A DNA stretch of 63,458 nucleotides, filler included, from Lenisia limosa (Eukaryota > Protista > Breviatea), in assembly GCA_001655205.1 (NCBI GenBank). It is 12 parts of 12 records of this genome, joined end to end, with 100 filler letters (N's around TTAATTAATTAA, not from the genome) between each part and the next. Parts side by side here need not be neighbours in the genome. Positions count along the whole stretch, not along the records: positions 37,610 to 40,725 come from LPNZ01008774.1; positions 40,826 to 43,405 come from LPNZ01009229.1; positions 43,506 to 48,573 come from LPNZ01009115.1; positions 48,674 to 51,869 come from LPNZ01000797.1; 8 more parts are not named here. One strand, given 5' to 3'. The notes under the pieces were generated by a model. That model was given only the letters and a program-made list of their open reading frames with translations, ran no database searches and had not been told where the DNA came from. A program made the position numbers and the translations under genes. This document shows positions 38,095 to 49,680 of this stretch, piece by piece (position 1 is the first letter of the stretch; every line of letters starts with the position of its first letter).

Positions 38095-40570
38095 CCACGA
38101 ACAGTGAAACAGTTAGCGCCATCAAAGTACTGACCCCATGGGCAGAAGCAGGCGCGAGAAATATCGTCCGTATATCGTGAGTCAATAAAGCTGCTTTGGG
38201 TGTAGGAGCAGAACTAGATAATTGAGCATGTCGTTGCGACCAAATACATGGGGGGAAAGTCGGATCTTAAAAATGAATCCACAGCATCCATGATATTGGT
38301 GGTAAGGATTACTGTATTCTACCATATAGCTTCTCTTTTGCTCAACATTTATTTTGAGCGATATTGATATAATATTTGTAAATAATTAGATTGATAACAA
38401 AAAAAGTCAACGTTTTGGAAATTATTGGTCACGAAGAACTTGAGTGTTAACAGGATTACAATAACTCAAATTTACAATCTTACGTGTTATGAATATGAAT
38501 ATGCATACAATATCTTACATCCTACTGTACTCCTACCTAAAATTATTGTTTAAAGAATAATAATTATTCCAATCTAACAAAACCCACATACATCATACGG
38601 GGTTTTGGGGACCATACTGTACTTATCAGACTTCTTAAACATCTAAAAAATAAGGCCTCATGTCCCTAAGAAAAGCTCCAAATAAGACTTTTACTTTGAA
38701 CAAAAAAAAGTCCAAGATCACGAAGTTATATCGATATAGGTATATTCAAGCTTAGAAAAGTGGGTATATTTTCTAAATTGTACAATCTGCTCATCACATA
38801 AATGTATTATTATAAGAATTAACAGAAATAAAATAAAACAACATTATTTCACTACTCTGATTGACTCTGCATAATATAATATAATCTGCTAATCTTAAAA
38901 CCTAAGGAGGAATATAACTCCGTTTTCAGTTATACGACAAACCCTGAGAAATCACTCCCAACCTACCAATACACCCATATCACCACTGTACATCACTATG
39001 AGTTCTTCCCACAAACGTTAGGAACTGGATCGCAATGTACTCCAACACCAGTTTCACAGTAACAGTTCTCCTAAAGGCATTACATTACTCAAATTATTCA
39101 ACTCTGTGATATAAGTGGGTTAGGGGGCAAAGTATGAACTCTAGCTATTACATATGAAATTGCAAATTGTAGATTCACGCAATTAGGTACTGATCTATTC
39201 CTCCTCTTCACAAACGATAAGTCTTGATTTCCCCAGCAGCCTTCATAATCCATTAGGGGGTTACTTGGGTTCGAAAAAAGACCGTATTTTTCGATTAATC
39301 CTCGAAAACTATTGATACTTTGCTAGTATTTTTCGAACCGAAGTGAAGCCCTACAAATCACAAATTTGTATACATTGTAAATAACCACAGTTATCTTAAA
39401 GCATACCACCGAGAATTATCTCCCCCTCCAATAACAGTCCCAGTCATAATACCTTCCAATTACCACCCCGCCCCACTCTCAGTGCTGTAGTCGAGTACAT
39501 CGTAGTCTGCCCCTCGGGACACTAAAGGTGTTAGTTCAAAGGGAATCAATGATATGTTTGGGAACTATTGATGAAAACGGAAAGACTTACAAAAAAAATT
39601 TACTAAAAACCCTAACAGTAAATGTTTGTTGGAAGAATGCGTCTTTCCGTTCAAATAAAAATATCCATTGGTATTGTATCATATCAGTCTATTTTCAGTA
39701 TCGTTACCAAGCCCTCAAAATTTCGGACTCATCCAAAGAGAGGGAATCAATATTCTCTATTTTACAAAAGAGAGGAATCATTATCATGTTTATTACAGAA
39801 TGAATATAATCTTATATATAGTGATCGGGATAAGTCTTGACTTATTTTCAATGGAAAAGCAGATAGAAAATCGGTCAACACTTATCCCGGTCACTGTTTA
39901 TATTGTTTCATGATACAAGTTCCCTGCTTACTGACAGGCAATCGTCGTTGCCCATTCGAGCGTAATAGCCCACACCACAGGCTTGACAGTTTGCTCCTCC
40001 ACCATGGTTGCCGCCACCACACTGGGAACCAGACTGGGAAAAACCAGGGGCGTTCGTACTGGGGAGTTGGAGATGAAGAAGCTATAGTGCAAAACTGGTC
40101 CTTTTGAGTAGTTGAACAGGATCGTATACTTGTTACTTATCAACACAACTGTATTCTTCATATGTATCACACGGAGCATAGCACGGGGTGAGAGTTGCAA
40201 TTAATTTTATCAGCAATACTTTTCAAAATGACATGGTTTGAGTCAGTTTGTTTTATGATATTGGACTGTTCATCTTAGTTATACCGTGTGCGTCACAACG
40301 GATAGAAAAAGTCCGACAGAGTATCGGTGGTATATATCGAGATGTTAACTAGAAATTTGTTAGATAAAGACCTATCTACTAGGGGTTACCTAGTCCGAAA
40401 AAGACCGGAAAACATTAAGACAAATTCAGTCTTTTTTTGGGTTCGTAGGGAAGCCCTGTGTATCTCTAAAATATAACACCAACCATGTATCAAGTCCGGA
40501 TGCTAGGCTGTTCAAGGGAACAATTTGACTATTCGGACAAAATGAGCACTGTGATGGGGATGACCTGTAG
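38095..40570 (-). CDS. Cys-rich repeat (GCC2/GCC3, ephrin-receptor-like) protein fragment
   Basis: Exons QCSFCPNSQ, GANCQACGVGYYARMGNDDCL, CPEGQTT, ENCYCETG, RACFCPWGQYFDGANC. Confidence 0.5.
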
Positions 40571-40825
40571 CCAGGATTGCACTTCACACATTTTCCAGGA
40601 ATCATGTCGTCATGTGAGCTGTTGGGAGGGGCGTGGGATAAAATTGGAAAATATATGAAACAACAAAAAAAAAGCCCGATAATTATATATATATATGTAT
40701 ATAAGTGGTCGAGTTTGGCCTTGACNNNNNNNNNNNNNNNNNNNNNNNNNNNNNNNNNNNNNNNNNNNNTTAATTAATTAANNNNNNNNNNNNNNNNNNN
40801 NNNNNNNNNNNNNNNNNNNNNNNNN

Positions 40826-43285
40826 ATTGGCTTCAAGGAAGCAACTGTTGAAACTAGTTGGCGGGAGGAGTAGATTCAATATCAGAGGAGTAGGGTAAAT
40901 GCCCATTATACCCAGCAGCGCATGGACTTGGGATTCCCTTATATTATTTGGGAATCTCATAAATTTCTTCAAATTTCCATAAAATTCCATAGTATTCCCA
41001 TGTAAAACATGGGAAATCCAACGTTTTCACAAGAATCCCAAGTCAATGTGCAGTTAGTTGTTGATTTTGCCTCTTTGTTTTTTTCCCATAACTGCTCAAT
41101 TGACTCCACCCCCCCCCCCTTATTACGGGGGAGGGATTGGGATTCTGATGGGGGGAAAAAACAAGAGCCCAAGATCAAGATAAAGCAAGGGTNNNNNNNN
41201 NNNNNNNNNNNNNNNNNNNNNNNNNNNNNNNNNNNNNNNNNNNNNNNNNNNNNNNNNNNNNNNNNNNNNNNNNNNNNNNNNNNNNNNNNNNNNNNNNNNN
41301 NNNNNNNNNNNNNNNNNNNNNNNNNNNNNNNNNNNNNNNNNNNNNNNNNNNNNNNNNACTTTCCACAATTCAGCTGACTAATGCGGGTCCCTCTGCGGGT
41401 GTTGATGTCTCCTTTGATGTCACTATCCCGTCTCAGGTTGGGCGGTACTGCGTTTTTCGAATTAAATTCTTTTTTTCTGAGTACATCCATGGGTGATGAT
41501 GACTGCTTTCCCAGATTCGCCCGTCTTGGTATTTTTTGAACTAAATTACTGGTTTTGACTCTAAAGAATCTTTCGTTCCTCACCTCTATCTATAGTTCGT
41601 TATCAGTACTCGCGCGTCCTACTGTCAAGTTCCTGTTAAACAGGTGGGACGGTTCTGCGAATTTTGAGGAAAATAAGAGGGAAATAAAGGGGTCTGTTCG
41701 AGTGTTCCTTTATTTTCTTTGTTACATTCGTAGCCTATATTCCCAATCGGGGAACACTCTTGTTTTATTACATTTCGCTTGTGTTTTTTTGAGATGCATA
41801 CTCTCATGTTATTATTTATTAGCAGTTGTGTTTATTGGTGCCAATTCTGTTTAGTTTGGTATAGGACTTCACTTCGGTTCCGAGATATTCAGTCTTTTTT
41901 TGAACCGAAGTGATGACACACTTTAATCTGTTCACTTAAATTTCTCAACTTTTTTATTTTTATCTATCACCCCCCCCNNNNNNNNNNNNNNNNNNNNNNN
42001 NNNNNNNNNNNNNNNNNNNNNNNNNNNNNNNNNNNNNNNNNNNNNNNNNNNNNNNNNNNNNNNNNNNNNNNTCTCAAGCTCTTTTTTTTTGTTACTTATC
42101 TCCGGGAGTATCTTACCCGCACCCCCAGACTTCCGCCCCCTTCCTATTCGTTATGACCTGTATGGCCAAGAAAATCGCTCCCCTGAGGTATGAATACGGT
42201 CATATTATTACATTATATATGTCAGATCTTCTCAGTTTTCAGTACTGAAATGGGACTGATTACTGTGATGTAAATGTTAAATGATTCTGATTACTTATTT
42301 TTTTTGAGAAAGAAGCAAAGGATTTTTTACAGTTTGAAATGGGACTGATTAGTTAATGTAAAATGAATCTGATTAACTTCTTTTTTTTATTTTCGAGCTT
42401 GAAACAAAGGATCACAAATCGTCTTCTTATCTTAATGGACTTATTTCCCGTTCAGCTTTGAAGGATTATTGACACCAAATAATTACATATTCTTCTTATT
42501 CAATTGCAGTACCTTTGAAATGGGGCTGATTATGGATGTCAATTCAACTCGCCCTGCTGGAGCAGCACAAATCTCCGTTGTTGTTGCCGGTCAGTCCGCT
42601 ACTTACGTGGTTTGCGGGGTTCAGTTCAGTTCAGTTCATTTTAATTTTTGCGGTTCAATTTGTCAACAAAAATGTTGAATTTTTCCCCAGATTTGGGCTC
42701 TTTTTGTTTCATCAATTTTCCAATTTACCCCCCCCCCCCNNNNNNNNNNNNNNNNNNNNNNNNNNNNNNNNNNNNNNNNNNNNNNNNNNNNNNNNNNNNN
42801 NNNNNNNTATAACTCGTGAAGCAACAATGGGAATTTCACATGTCGGTCCAGCCGCTGCTGTTCCTGGCTCTGGCGTGACCTACGTTCTTCATCCTACTAA
42901 TCTTGGTAAGGTGGTACCCTCAAAATATGATATATTTATCGAGGATTTATCGGGAAATTCAGTCTTTTTTTTTGGGATAGTAGGGAAGCCCTAGGTATTG
43001 CTATATGATATGCATATCATATGATATATGATATTATTATATTGTTGAAGTATTCTTCCTTGAGGGGGTATACTGAGGAGGCACAGAGTTGTAAGGCAAA
43101 TGATTTGGTGAATTAGATACTATCTCGAAGCAAGTGTTTTAACCATTGTGTATTCCAAATACAAGCCAACAGAGTTAATTGTTGTTTTTTTATTTCAACA
43201 ATTATTCATGTTGACCACCCCTTAGGCCCTTCGTATGCTTACAATGCCGTTTTGCTGATCGAACTGCCTTCCACAGTGGAGGTCA
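40826..43285 (+). CDS. Protein with DUF11-like Ig-fold repeats (partial)
   Basis: LTNAGPSAGVDVSFDVTIPSQ and ISHVGPAAAVPGSGVTYVLHPTNLG|PSYAYNAVLLIELPSTVE match the DUF11 pattern (T..PG..VTYTITVTN.GPS.A..V.V.D.LP). Confidence 0.6.
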
Positions 43286-43505
43286 GGGGGGAGGGGGTTG
43301 AGAAGAATTGACGACGTATCTTTTTTTTCTTTTCTGACATTTTTCCTTACATTTCTCTTACATTTCTCTTACATTTCTCTTACATTTCTCTTACATTTCT
43401 CTTACNNNNNNNNNNNNNNNNNNNNNNNNNNNNNNNNNNNNNNNNNNNNTTAATTAATTAANNNNNNNNNNNNNNNNNNNNNNNNNNNNNNNNNNNNNNN
43501 NNNNN

Positions 43506-46500
43506 GCCACCTGATGTGTCATACATGGAGGGTTTAAATATAGAGGGTCTTTCATTCAGCAGCAAGAGCTCTTTGAAGGAGTGTTGTTAGTTTAAACAGA
43601 TATGGCACCCCCACTTGGAATGCGAAAATAGACCCCAATGCGAAAATAGTCCCTCTATCCCACTTGGAATGCCGAAATCGATTCGGTGTTGTTTTCGAGG
43701 AGGAAATGGATTGTGCCCAGCTGGACCCAGGCGTAGAGCAGTTGAGGGTCGATGGCAATGGCTTCCTGGGGGGGGGGGTAAAATGAAGAAAATTTCGATG
43801 GAGAATNNNNNNNNNNNNNNNNNNNNNNNNNNNNNNNNNNNNNNNNNNNNNNNNNNNNNNNNNNNNNNNNNNNNNNNNNNNNNNNNNNNNNNNNNNNCAC
43901 AAACCGAATAACTTGAAACTCCGAACAAACAAACAAAAAACACCTGGGTGGCCATTCCAAGGCCAATTCATTTGCTAGTTCAGTCCATTCGAAAACCAAC
44001 ACTCATTCTCACGCCTCAAACCTGAAGAGTGTCGAGGCTCTTTTGGGACTCGCCAAGCTGGTAGTACACCAGAGCTAGCAGCACAAAGACCGTACCGGAC
44101 TTGCCGGTCTGAGGAGTGTGACAAAGGAGTGAGATGGTAAACGAGAATCGCCATGGTTGGATAAGAAAACACAAGAGTAGGGCTTCACTTCGGCTTGAAA
44201 AAGACTGAATTTCTCGATAAATCCTCGATAAATCCTCGATAAATATCGACATTTTATCTTTTTTCGAACCGAAGTGAAGCCCAACACAAGAGAGCTGAAA
44301 ATTACAAACACAGCTCAGGTAAGTCGCTTCTGCAGCACCGCATCCCAAAACTGATATTGTGCCCATGAATATTGGGAGGAGGTGAAGCAAAAACAACAAC
44401 AAAGAAAAAAAAAAAAAATCGATGAAGGGAAGGTACTATCACAAACTGACACTAACACAAATACATAGAACACCTTCACCTGTATCAAGGCGGTAGCGAG
44501 AGCTCTCTCTGCAAGATTGCTGAAGTTGAGTGAGACAAGCCACTCGGCCGTCCACGTGGCTGCCTGTCCCAAGTCTCCTGAGGAGTAAAACTGTGTCTTT
44601 GTGGGCAATATCATCATATGGTGGGAGAAAACAAGAGCACTGTAAGGCGCCCATATCACACCTGAAGTATAACCCCCCCTACCACCACAACGCTGGGCAG
44701 CTTCACGCCAAGAGTTCTGTGAACTATTGTCTTCTGAGGCAAATTCCTGGGGGGGAGGGGGGGATTGGAAAATATGAAACAAAAAAGCCCAAAATCAAAT
44801 ATGTTGGCTGAGAACACACGAGGGTAGGTACAAAAACAAAAACAAAAACAAAAGCGAAACATTCCAGTACCGCGCACCTGCATAACAGCGAGCACACCAT
44901 GGCACTGTACCAGTGTCTTTGTCAGCGCTTCTATCTATGAGGGGTTAATACTTGTAATATAACTCAGATGTCAACTGGTTGTTGGACGCCTGCCAACCAA
45001 AAACTCATGATTGTATCAGGGAGAATCTCAGAATCCCCAGTCCCCCCACTTTGGAGTCTTCTTCGCACATCTCAAGCTCCTTTGAGGCACTCTCGATGGC
45101 ACCCTAAAAGGTCATGGAAGAAAAAGAAATGAACGAGTAACTTGGCCAACCTCCATTATAATACACAGAAATGACAATCCACACATCTTAAAACACACCC
45201 TCCCACTTCGATGAAGACGTTGGCCTGTCTTAAATCGCCAGTTTTCCACTGAATGCAGCCATATGACATAAGTGCGGGTACCTCGTCAGCTGTGGGGGGA
45301 AGTAAATTGGAAAATTTATGAAATAAAAAAACCCAAATCAACTCTGTTGGNNNNNNNNNNNNNNNNNNNNNNNNNNNNNNNNNNNNNNNNNNNNNNNNNN
45401 NNNNNNNNNNNNNNNNNNNNNNNNNAAGGAATTATAATAACAATCAACTCTGATAGCTAAACATTTGATGGGTGATCCGTATGTGACCACAAACTCAATA
45501 ATTTCAAACTCCAAACAAAAACCAAAAAAAAAAAACAAGCATGTGAATGCCTAATTTGATTCTTGAGAGCTAGGATTATTGCTATTAGTACATGTTTTAC
45601 TGTTCAAATAATGGATATATTTGCAAATTGTGAACATGTCAACTAACAAATTAACACCCAGTCCCATAAAAATGAAGATAATACCAGATGACCAAAAAGA
45701 AAAAAGAATAAAACTAACACCCGTAAGCCCCTCCCCATTGCCGCTTACCTGACAGTGAAATGGCCTCATGGAAAACCTCTTCAGCCTAGGGGAAGTGAAA
45801 GGACGGAATAACGGAACGGCAAAGTAATGACAAGGGTAATGCAAAAAGTGAAAGAAATACTATCACATCAGGACAACCTGAACTCTAATTTCCTCTGTTC
45901 CCAGTAAAAAGCCAAACAGAGAGAGAGAGAGAGAGGATAAGGATGATGGCAGTGCAGTGAGCCGACTATCACGCATCTTCAAGAGGGTCAATATATTATA
46001 GCGTGACCGGGATAAGTCTTGCCTGATTGTTATGTGATTTCCCAAAAATCGGTCCAGATTTATCCCTCTCCCTGGTTCTCAAAATGACCCCCTCTCACCT
46101 TGCCTGTAGCACTGCATCGAAGGAGGAATTCACCATAATCCACCCAAACAGAAGACTGGTCACCACCATAGGAGAGTCGGTCCTAAAGGGTTATACCTTG
46201 GGCTTCCCTACGGTCGGAAAAAGACGGAATGTCTAGATAAATCCTCGATAAATATCGATATTTTACCGTCTTATTGGGACCGTTGGGAAGCCCTAGTTGT
46301 ACCTTGGTCCTTCGGTCGAAAAAAGACTAGTAAAATATCGATAGTTTTTGAGGACTTCTCGAGAATACACTCTTTCCCCCAAGGTATTGCGGCAGTGAAT
46401 ATGCATTGTAGGACTTTCGGTTATTCATTTCAGACCCTTTAATTACAAATTCTGTCAACTACACCACACTGAGTCCTTATGCTATAAGTGACCGGAAAGT

Positions 46501-48573
46501 CGACCTATTTTCCTTGGGTAATCCTATAGCAAATAGGCCAAGCCTTACCCAGGTCACTGTAAGTGGATATGGGTCATGAACCACATGAATTGATCTGTAT
46601 GTCTGCCGATACTGCATTGTTTGTTTGTTTGGAGGTTCAGATTGTTCGGTTCGTGATTAGTAGTACAATATTCTTCATCGAAATTTCCTTCGCTTCACCT
46701 TGTGGCATTTGTCGGCCTCCGTGTGGTCCAATACCGCCTCGGCTTCCTGGGCAAGCCCCAGTAGTCCAGGGAGATTCTGTACGCGCACATCGCCGTACTC
46801 AAATTGCGGACTAAGGGGAAGAGTAAGATGCTCTTCAATACGATTGTGAATAAATGAGTAAACTATACGACATATTCCATCCATGATTAGGGCTTCCCTG
46901 AGGCCCGGTCAAACATCGATATTTATCGAGGATTTATCTAGAAATTCAGTCTTTTTTGGGACTGTAGGGAAGCCCTAATATTGATATAATAGTACTATGG
47001 CCCACCACCCCCACGTGAGGTCCTCTCCTAAAGCTTCTGCAGAGGCTCTATGGGCAAGTTCAAGCTAAGAAAGTGTGAGAATGATGTTACAATCAGACTT
47101 AATAAGACAAGCTTGATTGGCCACAGAAGCCCCACAAGTCCACAAAAGGGTGTTAGTTTTTATCTCTCGTTGTAATTCGTATCGTTTTCTTGATCTCCCA
47201 AAGCCCCTCTCCCCTCTCCCCACGAAGTCGACATAGGCTGCGTGGAGGAAATTCCTGGCCTCTTCCTCTCCAGGCACCTTTCCGGTACGCGCGGCTTCTC
47301 TACGGCTCCATCTACAGTGTTAACTCGTCATATTATAGCATCAGTTACAGTGATAAATGGTCATATTATTATCTTCCGCTACATATCATATTATTGGTTC
47401 ATCTACAGTATTGAATTCTTTTTATATCCTTCTTTACCAATTTAGAAATATAGAAAGAAAACAAAGTTACAAATTCAGCCCCCCCCCCGTCAATAATAAA
47501 TAATAAAAAAGAGTATGATAGCACTTGACAGTATCTCAGTGTGGGAAACAATCTTATCGCTATATCAAGTAGACGGGAAATGGTCAATATATCAATACCC
47601 AGCCAACTCTTTGAGTAAGCGGAGGACCGGGAGTTTCAAGGCGTCCTATAGGGTTAGGGCGTGGATGGTTGTGCACGTATTATTATATTTGAATGTATGC
47701 ATGAACACTATATCATATGAATTTAAATGTATGTGAGATGATGATGGTGTTTGTGGTATGACTAAGAATGAAAAATCTTTGCATTTGATAAAGACACCCA
47801 CTTTCATTTCCAGAAATTTGCCTGACTTGTTCATAAATTCGATGAAATCTTGGCCTGAAAAGATGAGGGGGAAAGAAGGGTATGATGAAATAGCTCTGGT
47901 GTTTTGTGTTTTAAGGTTTATTCTGACCGAAGCGTCCACACGCTTAGAAGGGATATTGGATTTTAGTATAATTCACCCAATCATTTGCCTTACAACTCTG
48001 TGCAGCTTTCCCCAGCATACAATAATACCTGCATCTGGTGACATACTACACAATTGCACCAGCCTCTCACTTGTTGAGGGTTCCTGTCCTTCAGGCACAA
48101 GGGTGTCCGACTTCATCCAGGCCGAACCAAGGTGCTGCTGAGAACGTCAATGCAAAATTGCTGCTGCTATTGAAATATCAAGACGATTGTCTCAAAGAGG
48201 GCTTTGTCAAGCAAAACAAATCAACTCCACCTTATTTTGCCCGTGCTGCCATTGGCGCCACACTTCACTGAGGTTGGCCACGGCGGTTTTGACTTCCTGC
48301 TCAAACTCGTCCGAAGCAGAAATCATCTAGAAGGGGGGGTGAGCCGACATTTCGATTAAGAAGATGAGAAAATGATAGACTATAGATATGTATTATAGAC
48401 TACATGTATGATATGTACAGGGACGGGATAAGTCTTGACCGATTTGCACAAAGATTTCCCAAGGAAAATCAGTCAAGACTTATTCCGGTCACTGTATAGT
48501 AGAGCACCCCGGGCTACCTGGTGTCGGAGAGTTGGAGGTGTTGTGCGTGGGGGGATGAGGTCCGACGGCTTGA
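43506..48573 (-). CDS. CFAP70: Cilia- and flagella-associated TPR protein CFAP70/TTC18-like (both ends truncated)
   Basis: Collinear exons KPSDLIPPRT, EFMNKSGKFLEMK, ARNFLHAAYVDF, LAQEAEAVLDH, AEEVFHEAISLS, PALMSYGCIQWKTGDLRQANVFIE, TAEWLVSLNFSNLAERALA, VLLALVYYQLGESQKSLDTLQ|EAIAIDPQLLYAWVQLGTIHFLL follow the CFAP70 domain order as recalled. Confidence 0.7.
46890..46975. mobile_element. MITE family 1 (GGGCTTC(A/C)C... TIR, TA-flanked, ~45-105 bp); representative copy
   Basis: TA|GGGCTTCCCT...AGGGAAGCCC|TA with internal GATAAATCCTCGA repeats; related full or partial copies near 4397, 18828, 21087, 32590, 34020, 39256, 40380, 41862, 42930, 44180, 46200, 48995, 50380, 52250, 53375, 53806, 60466. 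Confidence 0.85.
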
Positions 48574-48673
48574 NNNNNNNNNNNNNNNNNNNNNNNNNNN
48601 NNNNNNNNNNNNNNNNNTTAATTAATTAANNNNNNNNNNNNNNNNNNNNNNNNNNNNNNNNNNNNNNNNNNNN

Positions 48674-49680
48674 TGTTCCGGGCCTATTTGGTCAAAATAG
48701 TCTTTGATTAAAATAGAACATGTGAAATAAACTCCTACATATATAAACACTGTTCGCTCAGCACTTGGGAAACACAAAAAAAGAAACAACGCAGCAAACA
48801 AAGCCCCAAATTATTGTCAAAAATGAGGATGGGTGGCTTGTTGTCTCAATTATTCTCTGATACGCTGGGATGAACCCTGGTGCTACTTCCTTCATCATTT
48901 TAACTTGAAAGTCTATATATGATCATATTACCAGTGGATATTGGTTATCCTCGTACTATAGTTCATTGCACCCTTAATTAATCGACATCTGTATCTAGGG
49001 AAATAGACCGATTTTCACGATCAATCCTCCAAAAATATTGATATTTAAACGGTCTTTTTCGGTCCGCAGGGAAGCCCTATCTGTATTCATATTCCTCTTT
49101 CACGCAGTGAGACTTATAAGGCGGTCATATGAATATATTACTATTGGATATGGGTTAACATCCAAGTCTTTAGTTCCAAAATCATTCGGCTTGTTAATAA
49201 ATACCTATCATTAATCAATACCCCTTTCATTCTAAACTGCTAGAACTCCCTGCAAATATTTGTTTGGAGAAAATTTGAAATAAAGAGTCTGAAATATTAC
49301 AATGCTATTCAAATCTTGCAATTAGTTTTGCAATTAATTACAAGAAGTCTTAAAAACCGCTCACCTTGGAACGGAAGCGATCGTGTTTTCATCAAGCAAC
49401 ACCTCTCCAACACCCTCTTCCTCGAGATCCACGTCGTCTACAAAGACCTCCTCGGTCAGCGAACGGGCTTTCAAGAAGAAGGCAGCCTGTGTGGTTAGAG
49501 GAGCGGTGGATATCACTTTAAATGAATTGAACTACAGCGTTTTGGACCATTTTCATAGAACAAAAGGAAGCATTGTGGAGTCATGGCTTCAAGATGAAGG
49601 GCAACATACCTGATCACGTTGATTGCGGCCGAGAAGACGGGTACACTCTTCGGTGCACCTCGGGAGGTCGCGCCTCCTGT
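48674..49680 (-). CDS. BBS8: BBSome subunit BBS8/TTC8, N-terminal exons (start upstream uncertain, 3' truncated)
   Basis: RRRDLPRCTEECTRLLGRNQRDQ|AAFFLKARSLTEEVFVDDVDLEEEGVGEVLLDENTIASVPR|PGT closely matches the TTC8 N-terminus. Confidence 0.85.

Noticed and set aside
43506-49680. Ciliary gene cluster (CFAP70 next to BBS8), or one giant TPR gene
   Set aside because: The two are separated by an artificial contig join (48574-48673) and both are truncated there; adjacency is unproven and the sequences match different families.
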